This document shows positions 47,580 to 62,100 of a stretch of DNA of 64,000 nucleotides, piece after piece (the stretch's first letter is position 1; each line of letters begins with the position of its first letter). The notes under the pieces were generated by a model. That model did no database searches and was not told where the DNA came from. It saw only the letters and a program-made list of their open reading frames with translations. The stretch is from Eledone cirrhosa (Eukaryota). A program made the translations under genes and the position numbers. The stretch spans positions 268,770,001 to 268,834,000 of the forward strand of contig OZ024741.1 in NCBI GenBank assembly GCA_964016885.1, given 5' to 3'.

Positions 47580-47965
47580 ATATGTGTGTGTATGGTACAT
47601 AGATACATACACACATATATCTAGTGGGACATGAAAAAATCCTTTGTACAGTAAGATACAAAAAAAAAGAATAGAAAAGAATGACTTCACTGGTGGTTGG
47701 TATGATTTAATAATCCAATGTTTTATAAAGAGACATTAGGAAACATTGGATTATTAAAACGAAACAACCACCAGTGAAGTTATTCTTCTCTTTTATATAT
47801 ATATATATATATATATAAGAGAAATAGCCAGAAATAGTCCGGAAATAGCCGTCGGGGTCATACATTTTCCTATTTCCCACTCTACTACCCTAAGTATTGA
47901 GTACTCTGGTGCGTTATGGTACATCTGGTTCCTTACCACAATTCCTTCGTTATTTATATATATAT

Positions 47966-48001
<36 letters not shown>

Positions 48002-50309
48002 GGCAATTTCTGTCTGCCTGTGTATAACCAGTTTACGCCTACACCAGTGATCCAATCCTCATGAAACTGTACATATATGTTAAGCTAATATTCAGAAATA
48101 GGTCTGGCTAATTGGATTTCAATTAAAAAAAAATCAATAATGGAACCCCTCTCGGGACATCTTTACAATGGAGGAGGAAAGAGGAGATACTACTTCTGTA
48201 TGTTAAACCCTCCTTGCTACTACTCCCCTTCCTCCCCACAACTCAGTCCACCAAAACGAGGCAACAACTTATTAGAAATATACATAAAGAAATTTCAAAC
48301 AAAGCAGTCGACAATCTAATTTTGGTTGACGACTGAACAGGTGTGTATGTGTATGTGTGCGTGTGTCACATCCACTGATATGGATTCTGAACACGTGCAC
48401 ACGCTTAGGTCAACTGCAGGAATCGGTGGTAAGTTACAAAAATGTGTGATGATCAATGGCCTTGGAGTTGGCTTACCATGAAATTGGTCCGAAAATAAAA
48501 ACCAAATCGTATGTTGACGAATAGTTGTACTCCCGGCATGTTAATTGTAACATGCCGTCTTTGGGAGTAGGGTTTATTTTGTCGATATTTCGTGGTGTCG
48601 GATCGTGGGAAGATTAACACGAATTAAGAAGATGTAACTTCTCCCTCATTATTGACACTTTGAATCAGTTAACGTTACAAGGCCCTCTTTAGGGCCAACA
48701 CTTCTAATTGTTATTCCGACTTATTATGGTGTGTTTTCTTGGGTTATGTCTACTATAGGAGGGGGGGGGGGGGGACGACGAGATGGTTTTATTGAATTGC
48801 TTCAGTCAATCGAAAGGCTTTACAAACGGTGATATACAGGGTGCTTGAACAGTACCTGAATTTGTCCACTCGGTTATAATTTCTTTAATAATTGCGATGA
48901 CTTCCTCAAGTGTTCTGTGTTTGTTCTTGACCGCTAAGGCAGTAAATTTGCTACCTTATACATAAGTTTGTTGAATAAGTTCGATACCCTTCGAGCTCAA
49001 ACTTCCCCGCTTTATTCACTCTGAATGAAGAAAGCTGGATGGATGGATGACTTAAATAGCCATTGATAGTTCCACACAAAAAAATTGATCTGCCATAAAC
49101 ACACCTAGCAAAGGTTGCTATTGAAAATCGGGTTTGGACACCGAGGGTCACTATCATTTTCAGGCGCACTCTGGGAACTGCGAATAACCCCACCTTTCCC
49201 GTGTATTACCGGGAGAGAGAGATGTGATTGTGGGTGATGATGTGAGATTGATAAAACTGGGAATGGGTCCACTGCAGATTTGGAGAGAAAACAAACAAAC
49301 AAGAACACCAACACTTAAGAGTCAAAAAGATAGTATAACATATTTAAACCTCATTTTATTTCAATAAATTGTATGTAGTTATTGTTGCTTAGCATCAACT
49401 TAAATCTGACCTAGTAGATCTATGACCAATAGCGTTCCTCCTGTGATCATCCTGTCTTTTTCGGACATATTGCTGTTATCTACATTGTTTAATGCGGCGC
49501 AGTTGTTCCCAAACACCAGAGACCTTTTTAAATTTGAATAATCCTTTCTCTTTATAGGCTGTTTATACGGTGAGAATAACAATCGAAATATCGAAAAGTT
49601 TATACTTGAACTTTTTTGAACTCATAAATCCTTTAGGGGCTCGTGAATAATATGTTAGGAACAGTTGAAGTAGAGGTCAATTTAAGGGTTCATGCCCTTC
49701 GTTTGACAAGTTCTTTGGTCCACCCGTGTTATTACCTGTAGGTGAAGAGCAAGGAGTAGTTGTAGGGTCCAAAGTTAATAAGGTCGACGACCGTTCAATA
49801 CCATATTTATATTATTGAAAACTGCCATTGTATTTCAAACCCCACCCTCCATGTGGTGGGCCCAAGGAAAGCATTTATTATAATGTTTTGCTATCGAGGC
49901 TCTGTGTATGAAAACATGTTGATGAATGATAATTAAATGCATGCATACGTACGTACATACATACATACATACATTATGTATACGTGCAATACATACATAT
50001 TAATACATCATGTATGCGTGCATACATATATACCTACATGAATGCATACATATATACATACATGTATGGGTGCGAGCGCACACAGACACGCAGACACGCG
50101 CACGCATGTCATAAATGTTCATCGCATATTTGCCGACCACCAGACACGATGTGGCATGAAAGGAAGGAAAATATTGTGTTTCAATAAAATAACTAAGTTT
50201 TTCGTTAGTAATGTGGTATTTAGAGCGTTACTTTAAAATTTCTTAAATAAAATTATGTTCAAAGGTTTTAATATAGTTTATTGGTGTCTTTGGACTGAAC
50301 GAATGCGTT

Positions 50310-50695
50310 GTTAATTGGTGTTCAGGGCGAGTAACGTTACTTTGGAGTAACATTACACGATAGAGTGTATAGCTCGAGGATCAGGGAATTGCTCCAGGTA
50401 GAGCCACTACTTCTCTGAATCGAGAGATCACAGCTCCGACACTACGGACGTGTGATTAGAATGTCTAAGGAAAGGATCGTTGGACAGATTTTACGGGCAA
50501 AGCCAACCGGCTGAAGACGCAGCAGTAAACCACGAGCAAGATGGGTTGAATAACATCCATCTATGAGCTCATTTTGTCTTGCGTGGGGATCCAGGCGTAT
50601 CAATTGAAGACAGTTGGATAGAAACCCCAGATGGCGTGTCTGAGGACTGTGCCCCTAAGGCCCTCCCAGGATTAAATGAGCGAAGAAGAAGAAAG
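50310..50695 (+). mobile_element. Old RTE LINE 3' fragment
   Basis: IERSQLRHYGRVIRMSKERIVGQILRAKPTG*RRSSKPRARW; (GAA)n tail. Confidence 0.7.
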
Positions 50696-51014
50696 TTTTA
50701 ATATAAAAGTTCTAAAATGAGCGATTTTGTATAATAAATCCAGGGCGGTATCGGCAGGCTGGCTATCAAAAGAGTTAAGGGAGCGGTCAACAAATGGAGA
50801 TATATGTTGTGGGGTCTGCTACTGCAGGATTCAGATAGAATTATAGTTTATCTAAGGGATGAATGTTCTTTTCTACTTTCTTTCATCTTTCTTCGGCGAT
50901 CTGTGAAGTTAGAAACTTATTGTGTCGTCCGTAAAGTAACCATGTGTAACTCTTTCTCTCTCTATTTCTTGTCCTTTCTGTCCCTTTCTTTTTTCCTCTC
51001 CCCCTTTCCCCTTC

Positions 51015-51097
<83 letters not shown>

Positions 51098-51439
51098 CAT
51101 TTCTCTATCTTTTTCTGTTCTTTATTTCACTCTTTCCTTTCTTTTCTCCCCCCTCTCTCCTTTGATGTGTATAACTTGCTTTTTGTTTCCTCTTTCATAC
51201 TAAGGGGTGACAGCAATGCACGTTTTAATGGTAGTAGTAGTAGTAGTATAGTAGTAGAATCACAAAAATAAAAATCCCTTCAAAGTGTATGCTTATACAA
51301 ACTCTGATACTGAAATATGTTAACATAGTGTGTCGAAATAAAGATACTACATAGAACACTGAAGGCTAAACACGCACACGCACTTATGACTGCATGCACA
51401 CTATATAGAAAGCCGAAGTCATTGGCTTAATGGTTAGGG

Positions 51440-51869
51440 CAGTGGTTCACAAACCTTTTTTTGTTTTGTTTTATATACTCACGGCGCATTTTTGAAAAAT
51501 AAAAGTGGGGAAAATTGCCGGCGCTCTTCGTATCATAAATTCGAAAGTTTATGGTAGAAAGGGGTATTTCATACATATTGTCAGATTGTGCTATTTTTTC
51601 TCAAATCTTTTACTGAACATTACTTGTTTGCCACATCCCGCCGAGGTTGACTTTGCCTTTCATCCTTACGGGGTCGATAAAATAAAGTACCAGTAATGCA
51701 CTGGTAATTGCTGGCCTTGTGCCTAAAGTAGAAACAATTACTTGTTTGCCACATTGACAGCTATATATGAACTTTATTAAAATTTCAGTTCGTATTTTTC
51801 ACATCTTAAAACTTTTGCAGTGCATCTAGTTTACATCTCGCACCGCGTCGCACGGTTTGAGAACTATAG
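51440..51869. mobile_element. hAT MITE nested in a family-B SINE and containing a family-A SINE
   Basis: Imperfect TIR cagtggttcacaaacc / ggtttgagaactatag; 8 bp TSD ggttaggg. Confidence 0.75.
51637..51737 (+). mobile_element. 5'-truncated SINE family A with about 18 bp TSD
   Basis: attacttgtttgccacat on both sides. Confidence 0.9.
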
Positions 51870-52053
51870 GGTTAGGGTATTCGCTTCACGATAGTATGAC
51901 TGCGAATCTGATTGATGTACCGGGCGGCAGGTTGTGTCCTTGAGCAAGGTGTTTTATTCCACGCTGCTCCAGTCCACCCAGCTAGCAAAAACGTGTCGTA
52001 CTTGTAATTCAAAAGGATCAGTCTTTCACGAGCAGACAGTTCTGTTGGAACAC

Positions 52054-52117
<64 letters not shown>

Positions 52118-54300
52118 GAGAGAGAGAGAAGACTGACTCTTTGATTTACAGACATCAAAGTCGACGACGATAATGGTGATGGTGATGATAAAAAAATATC
52201 AGCTTCTTAACTTGTCATGGGGCTTTGTAATTGCAAACAAAATGAAAAACTCTTTCGATTACTATATTTCTAATGAAAGACACAGCTTATGATATTTTCA
52301 ACTCATTTTGGAAACAAAATATAACTAGGTTTGTAGTTGAACTTGTAGCCGTGGAGAGCTCTGGCCTTCTTGGTTTTCAGAGTTCCTTTTCATCCACAAA
52401 AGTAAGCGCCACGATTTGGAATCGTTGTTTAAATGCATCTCCATAGCCATCCTCCGAGTTCACGCCTTTTCCATGAAGCGGCTTGCGCTTGGGGTTTTGC
52501 AGTCCAAGGAGTATTTTTCCACACTGTGTGTGATCGTATCATTGGGGGCAGCGATGACTAGGCATTATTTCTCATGCTTTCATTGCATTTGTAATCGTAT
52601 TTTGATAGATTTGAGTTTGAGCACCAGCTTTCCTAATATAAAGCTGGTGTTTGGAACGTAACTTAACGAAGATTCTTACATAAAATTAAGATGGAAGTGT
52701 TTTTAAGTAAATATAAACCCTTTAAAATAAAAAGCTTAGTATCATAGAAACATGGGCTGTTTAGTGTCAAAAGAGTTAAAGGATTTAACCTCATATAAAC
52801 GAAGATGTTGTTAAGTTTACCTCCAGTGAGATTTGAATTCATGGTGAAAAGACATGTAACTAAATATCAGTCTACCCCCTTTAAAAAAAAATCCTTCTTT
52901 AAGTATCCGTATTGAAAGGGCCATATTGATAACAGGCATAATTAATGTGGGCTATGACCCTCCTCCTTACCCCCCCCTTCTTTTTCTTCTGCGTTGATTT
53001 CTTTTTTTTTTTTAACCTGCTGATTTATAGCAAGGTATTTTCCAGTTATTGGTATCCCAAACAACCTATCTGGTCATTGCTTATGACATCAACGTCATCA
53101 ACAGCCACTTCAATTGATCTACAACTGTTGCTGCTATCACCACCACCATATCATCATCATCGTTTAACATGTATTTTCCATGCTTGCATAGGTTAGATCA
53201 GTTTGTCACATTCTGCAGCTAGAAAGTCAGGTGATCATGTCTTGTTCATACGCTCTGTTTCTATGGTTGGGTGCCATTCTTCATGCCAACCACTTTACAG
53301 CATCTACTGGAAGCATTTTATTGACACCAACAGACACCAACAGTTTACAGTGTGTAATGGGTGCTTTTTGTTGTGGCATCAGAACTACCACCATGGCAAG
53401 TTGGATTGGGTGCTTTTTTCATGACACCTGCACTATTGCTTTGCAGTGCTGACTAGGTGCATTTTATTGTGGCACCAGCACTACCACTTTACTGAGTGGG
53501 CTAGTACACGCCCCCCCCCCACCCAACAACAAAATACAAGAAACTTAAACTAACCAAAACATGCCACATAAAATATAATTATCTATCCAGTTAAATAAAA
53601 TTATGACCACTACAGAAAATTCCTTTGTACTTCTCAGGGAGATTCAGCATGACAACACGTCTTTTTCCATTTGAGTGAACTAGAGCAATGTGAAATAAAG
53701 TGTCTCACTCAAAGACACAATCTGCAGGCGGCAATCGAACTCACGACCTCATAATCATGAGCCTTGCGCCCTAACCACTAAGTCATGTGCCTTCCATAAT
53801 GGTAATAAAGGGTAAAGTGTTATTAGTGTTGGGTTTGGAAGTAATCAGAGTATAAATACAAACACTATGGACTTCGGAAATTTTAATTTCACATTGTTTT
53901 AACTATTATTATTAATTAATTAAATTGAAAATTGAAATAACTGCTATTTTATGGAAGCTCCATCTCTAAATAGCTCTCTCCCTCTCTCTCTGTCTGCCTC
54001 TCCCCCCCCCCCTCTCTCTCTCTCTTTCTTACGCACACACACTTTCACACATGCACACTCCCTCTCATCCACACACTGACTCTCTTACACACACACAGAC
54101 ACACTCTCATCCACATGTGCATGGACGCACTCTCACCCCCCCACTCCCTCTCAATTGGAAGGAAACAACAGAGGAATTCCTGCCATTAATTTGTATTCAG
54201 CTCAACTTGTTGCGATGCTGGCTATTAAGAAGTCTATCATATTTCGAGGTCTTTTAAAGAAGGCTGGCTCAACATTCTATTTGACCACTATCATCATCAT

Positions 54301-54349
<49 letters not shown>

Positions 54350-54394
<45 letters not shown>

Positions 54395-54935
54395 ACGTTT
54401 AACGTCCGTGTTCCACGCTTGCATGGGTTTGGACGGAGGTAGTCCCACTTGAGGCAAGAGTGATTGTCTTGCTCGCATAGGACTGTCTGGCAGGTTTTCT
54501 ACAGCTGGATGCCCTTCCTAACACCAACCACATTTGTAGTGTGGGTCTGGGAGGTTTTTACCGTGTTGCCTACACGGCCACATTACAGCGTGGACTGTGT
54601 GTTTTTTTGTCGTGACACCTACACGATCTCATTTGTTTCGGCCTGGATGGCGCGGCACCAACATAACTTTACATAGAACGAGGTGGTGTGGATGGGGTGG
54701 GACGGGGGGGGGGGTATTTTGTTAGAGATGCCTACTGGCTGTAGTAGGTTTTACTCTGTATTTAGGTAAGGCGGGTCTTCTCTGTTACTGAGTACCGCCA
54801 AAGGTCTCGGTCCAGTGACATTGTCTTGGAGAGGTGTAAGTGTGTGAGGTCGGAGTTTATCAGCTCGTCCCAGGTTTTTCTAGGTCTGTCTATTCCGTGG
54901 CTACCGTCTATCTTTATTGCCCTGCACTTTGTTAT
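54350..54935 (-). mobile_element. RTE LINE 3' end and UTR with (GAT)n tail; related tails at 53150-53500, 56410-56780, 57180-57215 and 57600-57880
   Basis: KCRAIKIDGSHGIDRPRKTWDELINSDL..DRDLWR..; terminus ggacgttaaacg-(ATG)n; shared tttctacagctggatgcccttcctaacaccaacc. Confidence 0.8.
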
Positions 54936-55019
54936 ACAGATGTGTGTGTGTGTAGATAGATATATATATGTGTATACACACACATTTATATATAGATATA
55001 TGTATCCATGCACACACAT

Positions 55020-55094
<75 letters not shown>

Positions 55095-55486
55095 TATATG
55101 TACATACATATATGCACACACACGGACAGAGGTACACACATATTACTATCTATGTGTTTCAATATGATCAATGTTTTGGGGTCTATTAGGGACACTATAA
55201 TTTCATCTATTATTGTTGGTATTGGTAAACTCAAACCTCATTATTCATGAGGTTTTGATGGAGATTTTACTTAAAATACGGATTTTTTAGTACATAGGGT
55301 AATGTTTAGTTGGGTTAGTATTAAAATAGTATTCTTTACTTGTCTTAAGAGAGGTGTATATCATGACTCATACACTGTTCACTTGCCGAACATTTGTACA
55401 TTAATCTATGTACTATACATGCACTGTTGCTGAGTTGTAGTGCACCTGAGCACTGTACACAATCATTTTCATCATCATCCTCATCA

Positions 55487-55880
55487 GGGCGGTGGATTGG
55501 CAGTATTGGTAAAGTGTTGTACATTATGTTTTGTGGCATAGAGTTATGGCACTTTACATTCTGAGTTTAAATCCCACGAAGGGATCCTTATGGGGTCGAT
55601 AAATAAAACACCAGTAATGCACTGAAGTCGATTTAATCGACCCCCTCCCCTCCCTTTCAAATTGCTGGCCTTTTGCCTAAATCAGAAACCATTATGGATT
55701 GGCAGTATCGGACGCCATGCTTTCCAGCATAGTTACGTCCCTTTACGATCTGAGTTCAAATCCCGCCGAGGTTGACTTTGCCTTTCATCCTTACGCGGTC
55801 GATAAAATAAAGTACCAGTAATGCACTGGGTATTTGCTGGCCTTGTGCCTAAAGTAGAAACAATTATTATTATTATTATC
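55487..55880 (+). mobile_element. Head-to-tail pair of family-A SINEs (older variant followed by a younger copy)
   Basis: Two consecutive ggattggcagtat..gaaac units. Confidence 0.85.
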
Positions 55881-56357
55881 ATCATAAATTCAAATATTTA
55901 TCAAATAAAACTAAAAATTAAACATTTTTATTAACTACTGTTCTGGATTGCAGATGTGAAAAGTTGATTATGTATTTGGACATATTAATATATTCTTAAA
56001 CATTTGGTGAGGTGGTGGAGTGCACTGAATTGCAATGAACTAACTTGCTATAAAGAGATACAAAATTATGAAATAAGCTGTCTGGATCATCTCAAAGACT
56101 TGCGCACAAAGGTGAAGATTCAGTGAAACACACCAGTTACTTGGTATAACAGTCCTCTTTTATGCTCAATAAGTGGTTTAGTCTGAAAATCATTGGCTGG
56201 GTTAAAGTCTCATAAAAGGCATAAAAAAGTAACAACAAAATTAAAAAAGCCCTAGCATCAAAATTGACAAGGGAAACCATTATATTTTATTCCTCTTTCT
56301 TAATTTTCTCTCTCTCTCTTCTGTTCATCCTCTCTTTCTTTAGTTACTAATGACATA

Positions 56358-56983
56358 CAGGGTGAGTCATAAGTAAGCGGACAGTCCAACATTTATTATT
56401 CCAAACGATAATCATCATCATCACTGTTTAACGTCCATTTTCCATGTTAGTATGAGTTAGACGACTTGTCCTGTTGTGAGATAAGCCAGATCAGATGATC
56501 GGGTCTTGCTTATACAGAATTGATTTTGGCTTGGTTTCTATGACTGGATGCCCTTCCTAACACTAACCACATTTACAGGGTGCATTGAGTGATTGTTATC
56601 ATGGCACTAAAACGGCCATTTTGCAGTGTGGGCTGGCTTTTTTTTTGTTGTGACATCTACATGACCACTTTACAGTGTGGACTTGTCACTTTTTGTTGTG
56701 TCACCAACACAACCTATTTACAGTGTAGACTGGACATTTTTTGCCATGACACCAAAGCGACCACTTTACAGTGTGGACTGGGGGTTGGGGAGAGACAGGT
56801 GCATGGAGATTGGAGAAGTAGAGTCTAGGGTAGGGGACTAACATAAAATTATAAATATATTAAACAAAAGTAGTTAAAAAATACACCATGTCTGATCACA
56901 CAAATAAGAGGATGTTCAAAAAATTATTTGTGAAATTTGCAATAAGAATGCATTGACTCTCCAGATATTTATGACTCACCCTG
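56358..56983. mobile_element. Tc1/mariner MITE carrying an RTE-tail insertion
   Basis: TA-cagggtgagtcataa .. ttatgactcaccctg-TA. Confidence 0.75.
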
Positions 56984-57008
56984 TAGAATGGATGTATTAG
57001 ATTCAGCA

Positions 57009-57103
<95 letters not shown>

Positions 57104-58166
57104 CACATACACGCACATACATCATGCTGAATTTAGTAAATAACTTCATTGAAAACTATACATTCATTCTACAGGGTGAGTTGGAAGATGGACGTTAAAC
57201 GATGATGATGATGATATATATATGTATATTTGTAATGTATGATTTGCACCAGCAGATTAGTCACACTTCTATTTTACATACAACATTTACAATGTACCAT
57301 ATATTTTGAACTGAAGTTTTGTAGGTTCAACAGATAAGTCTGGGTTTTTTTTGGTTTTTTATTTTGTTTGTATGTCATATTTTCATGGGGAAAAGGTGTG
57401 ACTTTGGGACTTACACACAAGCATCAGATGGCACTGCCTCCCACCTCCATTCCAACACACCTGCACCCCACAAACAAATAAAGAAAAAAGAAAAACAACT
57501 TTTTAATGGTGTACTTTCAGCTTAGACTTATTGCAAATTATGTCAGTTCTGCTAAGGACATGACAGTCTCCTTAGTGTTGGTGATCTACATGATAAACAC
57601 ACCAGTACACACTGTCGAGTGGTTGGCGAGAGGAAGGACATACAGCTGTAGAAAGCTTTCCAAACAAAGGGTTGGGAGGACCCTTCAGTTGTGCCAATGA
57701 TATGACAACCTCTCTTGTGCTAGTGCCATGATAAAATGCACTCAGTAGACTGGAACCATACGTAAGCAAGATGCAGACTTCTGGTTTTTCTAGGAGGTCA
57801 GTAGCCCTCCTTCAATAATGTCTTGGTCTGCAAAGAGCCAACTATGTCTTGCTAGCAGGGTAAGCTGATGTTAAATGAAAATGTATATCCACCCAGAATG
57901 TTGTGAACCCCCACTTCAAGCACCAAAGCCTGCTAATAAACTTGGCCCCTCTAGTTTCATTTCACATTGAATTCTCCCTATAAAATGAGGAGATTACTTG
58001 CAGAAAAAAATTATTTAAACAGTAGATATGAAATTATTCTGCTTCTGGTTCCCTTTCCAAATTACTTACATCAACTGGAAATAGAAATCTGAATACAAAT
58101 TTCTTGTATTATCAGACAAAAGATACCTGTCTTGTTCTTGTTCTACTCTGTTGCATTAATTATCTA

Positions 58167-58352
58167 GGGCGGTGGATTGGCAGTATCGGTAGAGGGTCGG
58201 ACGCCATGCTTTGCAGCACAGTTACGTCCCTTTACGGACTGAGTTCAAAACCCGCCGAGGTTAACTTTGCCTTTCATCCTTAAGGGGTCGATAAAATAAA
58301 GTACCAGTAATACACTGGGATAATTGCTGGCCTTGTGCCAAAAGTAGAAACA
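58167..58352 (+). mobile_element. SINE family A with 9 bp TSD
   Basis: Matches the consensus; aattatcta on both sides. Confidence 0.92.
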
Positions 58353-59149
58353 ATTATCTATTAATTAACAGTTAAGTTGAGGGAATTGGGCCATATAGAG
58401 GAGACTGGTTCTACAGTATTTCTAGATGTGTTCATTAACAAGTGTTTTATTAACACTTGTGGATGGTCAATAGCTTTCATAGTATGTGTCTGTGTGCGTG
58501 CACATAAACATGAATTTTGGGGACAGAAGCTGTAAGGAAGCCCATTGTATATATCTTTATTGTCATTGCTTTTATGTCCTTCCATTATACACTGTTGTAA
58601 TATTGTTTTATATTGCCCTGCTCTACACTGTCAGAACACTGCTGTAATACTGCTCTATTTGCCTTATACTATGTGTACACTGACTGTTCTACACTGTCCT
58701 TCCACTTTACACTGCCCTACACTGTCTGTGCACTGCTGTAATACTGCTCTACATTGTCCCACCACTACACTGCACTATTACACAGTGTCTGTAAACTGTT
58801 GTAATACAATTTTTCACTCCCCACCTCTGTACACTACCTTACATTGTTCCACCTTTGTTCACTGCAATCTACTTCAATATATATATATATATGTGTGTAT
58901 AATCCCTCAAATTGCCCCACCCCCCACCGTTGTCTTCACCTCCAACATCTTAAACGTAATGGAAACAGTCTGAAATAACCACCTTGTTCATAGGCCAGCA
59001 GTATCTCTGTCTCTCTCTGTCTCTCTCTGTTTTTATCCCTGACTCTCTATTTTTTCTATCTCTCTCCCTTTCTCAATCTCTTTCACTGCCTGGACAGCTG
59101 GATAGAAGTGTGATAGTGTTTGGATGGGGGTGTTGTATTGTGGTGTATT

Positions 59150-62100
59150 GTAGTAGCATTGTAGTGTGTTGTAGTAGTGTTGTGCAGTCCTGAAGTAAGT
59201 GTTGTGGTATGTTGTAGTAGTGTTGTGCAGTGCTGAAGTAAGTGTTGTAGTGTGTTGTGCAGTGCTGAATTAAGTGTTGTGGTGTATTATAGTAGAGTGT
59301 TGTAGTAGTGCTGAAGTAAGTGTTGTGGTGTGTTGTGCAGTGCTGAAGTAAGTGTTGTGGTGTGTTGTAGTAGTGTTGTGCAGTGTTGTAGTAGTGTTGT
59401 GCAGTGCTGAAGTAAGTGTTGTGGTGTGTTGTAGTAGTGTTGTGCGGTGCTGAAGTAAGTGTTGTGGTGTGTTGTAGTAGTGTTGTGCAGTGCTGAAGTA
59501 AGTGTTGTGGTATGTTGTAGTAGTGTTGTGCGGTGCTGAAGTAAGTGTTGTGGTGTGTTGTAGTAGTGTTGTGTGGTGCTAAAGTAAGTGTGTGGTGTGT
59601 TGTAGTAGTGTTGTGCAGTGCTGAAGTAAGTGTGTGGTGTGTTGTAGTGGTGTTGTGCGGTGCTGAAGTAAGTGTTGTGGTGTGGTGTGCAGTGCTGAAG
59701 TAAGTGTTGTGGTGTGTTGTAGTAGTGTTGTGCAGTGCTGTAGTAAGTGTTGTGGTGTGTTGTAGTAGTGTTGTGGTGTGTTGTAGGAGTGTTCTGCAGT
59801 TCTGAAGTAAGTGTTGTGGTGTGTTGTAGTAGTGTTGTGCAGTGCTGAAGTAAGTGTTGTGGTGTGTTGTAGTAGTGTTGTGCAGTGCTGAAGTAAGTGT
59901 TATGTGTTGTAGTAGTGTTGTGCGGTGCTGAAGTAAGTGTTGTGGTGTGTTGTGCAGTGCTGAAGTAAGTGTTGTGGTGTGTTGTAGTAGTGTTGTGCAG
60001 TGTTGTAGTAAGTGTTGTTGTGTGTTGTAGTAGTGTTGTGCAGTGTTGTGGTGTGTTCTGCAGTGCTGAAGTGTGTGTTGTAGTAGTGTTGTGCAGTGCT
60101 GTAGTAAGTGTTGTGGTGTGTTGTAGTAGTGTTGTGCAGTGCTGAAGTAAGTGTTGTGGTGTGTTGTAGTAGTGTTGTGCAGTGCTGAAGTAAGTGTTGT
60201 GGTGTGTTGTAGTAGTGTTGTGCAGTGCTGAAGTAAGTGTTGTGGTGTGTTGTGCAGTGCTGAAGTAAGTGTTGTGGTGTGTTGTGCAGTGCTGAAGTAA
60301 GTGTTGTGGTGTGTTGTGCAGTGCTGAAGTAAGTGTTGTGGTGTGTTGTAGTAGTGTTGTCCAGTGCTGAAGTGAGTGTTGAGGTGTGTTGTAGTAGTGC
60401 TGTGCGGTGCTGAAGTAAGTGTGGGGTGTGTTGTAGTAGTGGTGTGTGGTGTGTTGTAGTAGTGTTGTGCAGTGCTGAAGTAAGTGTTGTGCAGTGCTGA
60501 AGTTAGTGTTGTGTATTGTAGTAGTGTTGTGCAGTGCTGAAGTAAGTGTGTGGTGTGTTGTAGTAGTGTTGTGCAGTACTGAAGTAACTGTGTGGTGGTG
60601 TGTTGTAGTAGTGTTGTGCAGTGCTGAAGTAAGTGTTGTGGTAGTGTTGTGCAGTGCTGTAGTAAGTGTTGTGGTGTGTTGTAGTAGTGTTGTGCAGTGT
60701 TGTGGTGTGTTCTGCAGTGCTGAAGTGTGTGTTGTAGTAGTGTTCTGCAGTGCTGAAGTAAGTGTTGTGGTGTGTTGTAGTAGTGTTGTGCGGTGCTGAA
60801 GTAAGTGTTGTGCAGTGCTGTAGTAAGTGTTGTGGTGTGTTGTAGTAGTGTTGTGCAGTGCTGAAGTAAGTGTGTGGTCTGTTGTAGTAGTGTTGTGCAG
60901 TGCTGAAGTAAGTGTTGTGGTGTGTTGTAGTAGTGTTGTGCGGTGCTGAAGTAAGTGTTGTGGTGTGTTGTAATAGTGTTGTGCAGTGCTGAAGTGAGTG
61001 TTGAGGTGTGTTGTGGTAGTGTTGTGCAGTGCTGAAGTAAGTGTGTGGTGTGTTGTAGTGTTGTGCAGTGATGAAGTAAGTGTTGTGGTGTGTTATAGTA
61101 CTGTTGTGCAGTGCTGAAGTAAGTGTTGTGGTGTATTACAGGAGAGTGTTGTGCAGTGCTGAAGTGAGTGTTGTGGTGTGTTGCAGTAGTGTTGTGCAGT
61201 CAAAAACAAAAAAAAAAAAAAAACCAACCCCCCCCCCCCCCCCCCCAATACTAGTGTTGTGCAGTGCTGAAGTAAGTGTTGTAGTGTGTTGCAGTAGTGT
61301 TGTGCAGTGCTGAAGTAAGTGTTGTAGTAGTGTTGTGCAGTGCTGAAGTAAGTGTTGTGGTGTGTTGTAGTAGTGTTGTGCAGTTCTGTAGTAAGTGTTG
61401 TGGTGTGTTGTAGTAGTGTTGTGCAGTGCTAAAGTAAGTGTGTGGTGTGTTGTGCAGTGCTGAAGTAGGTGTTGTGGTGTATTATAGGAGAGTGTTGTGC
61501 AGTGCTGAAGTAAGTGTTGTGGTGTGTTGTAGTAGTGTTGTGCAGTGCTGAAGTAAGTGTTGTGGTGTGTTGCAGTAGTATTGTGCAGTGCTGAAGTAAG
61601 TGTTGTGGTGTGTTGCAGTAGTGTTGTGGAGCGATGAAGTAAGTGTTATGGTGTGTTGTAGTAGTGTTGTGCAGTCCTGAAGTAAGTGTTGTGGTATGTT
61701 GTTGTAGTGTTGTGCAGTGCTGAAGTAAGTTGCAGTAGTGTTGTGCAGTACTGAAGTAAGTGTTGTGGTGTGTTGCAGTAGTGTTGTGCAGTGCTGAAGT
61801 AGGTGTTGTGGTATATTATAGGAGAGTGGTGTGCAGTGCTGAAGTAAGTGTTGTGCGGTGCTGAAGTAAGTGTTGTGGTGTGTTGTAGTAGTGTTGTGCG
61901 GTGCTGAAGTAAGTGTTGTGGTGTGTTGTGCAGTGCTGAAGTAAGTGTTGTGGTGTGTTGTGCAGTGCTGAAGTAGGTGTTGTGGTGTATTATAGGAGAG
62001 TGTTGTGCAGTGCTGAAGTAAGTGTTGTGGTGTGTTGTAGTAGTGTTGTGCAGTGCTCAAGTAAGTGTTGTGGTGTGTTGTAGTAGTGTTGTGCAGTGCT

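Noticed and set aside
48400-49330. Non-repetitive stretch with short ORFs and a tacagggtg TIR-like start
   Set aside because: No matching second TIR or recognisable protein motif was found by eye
61201-61250. Poly-A/poly-C interruption of the satellite
   Set aside because: It looks like low-quality read or gap-fill sequence; no TSD or element features
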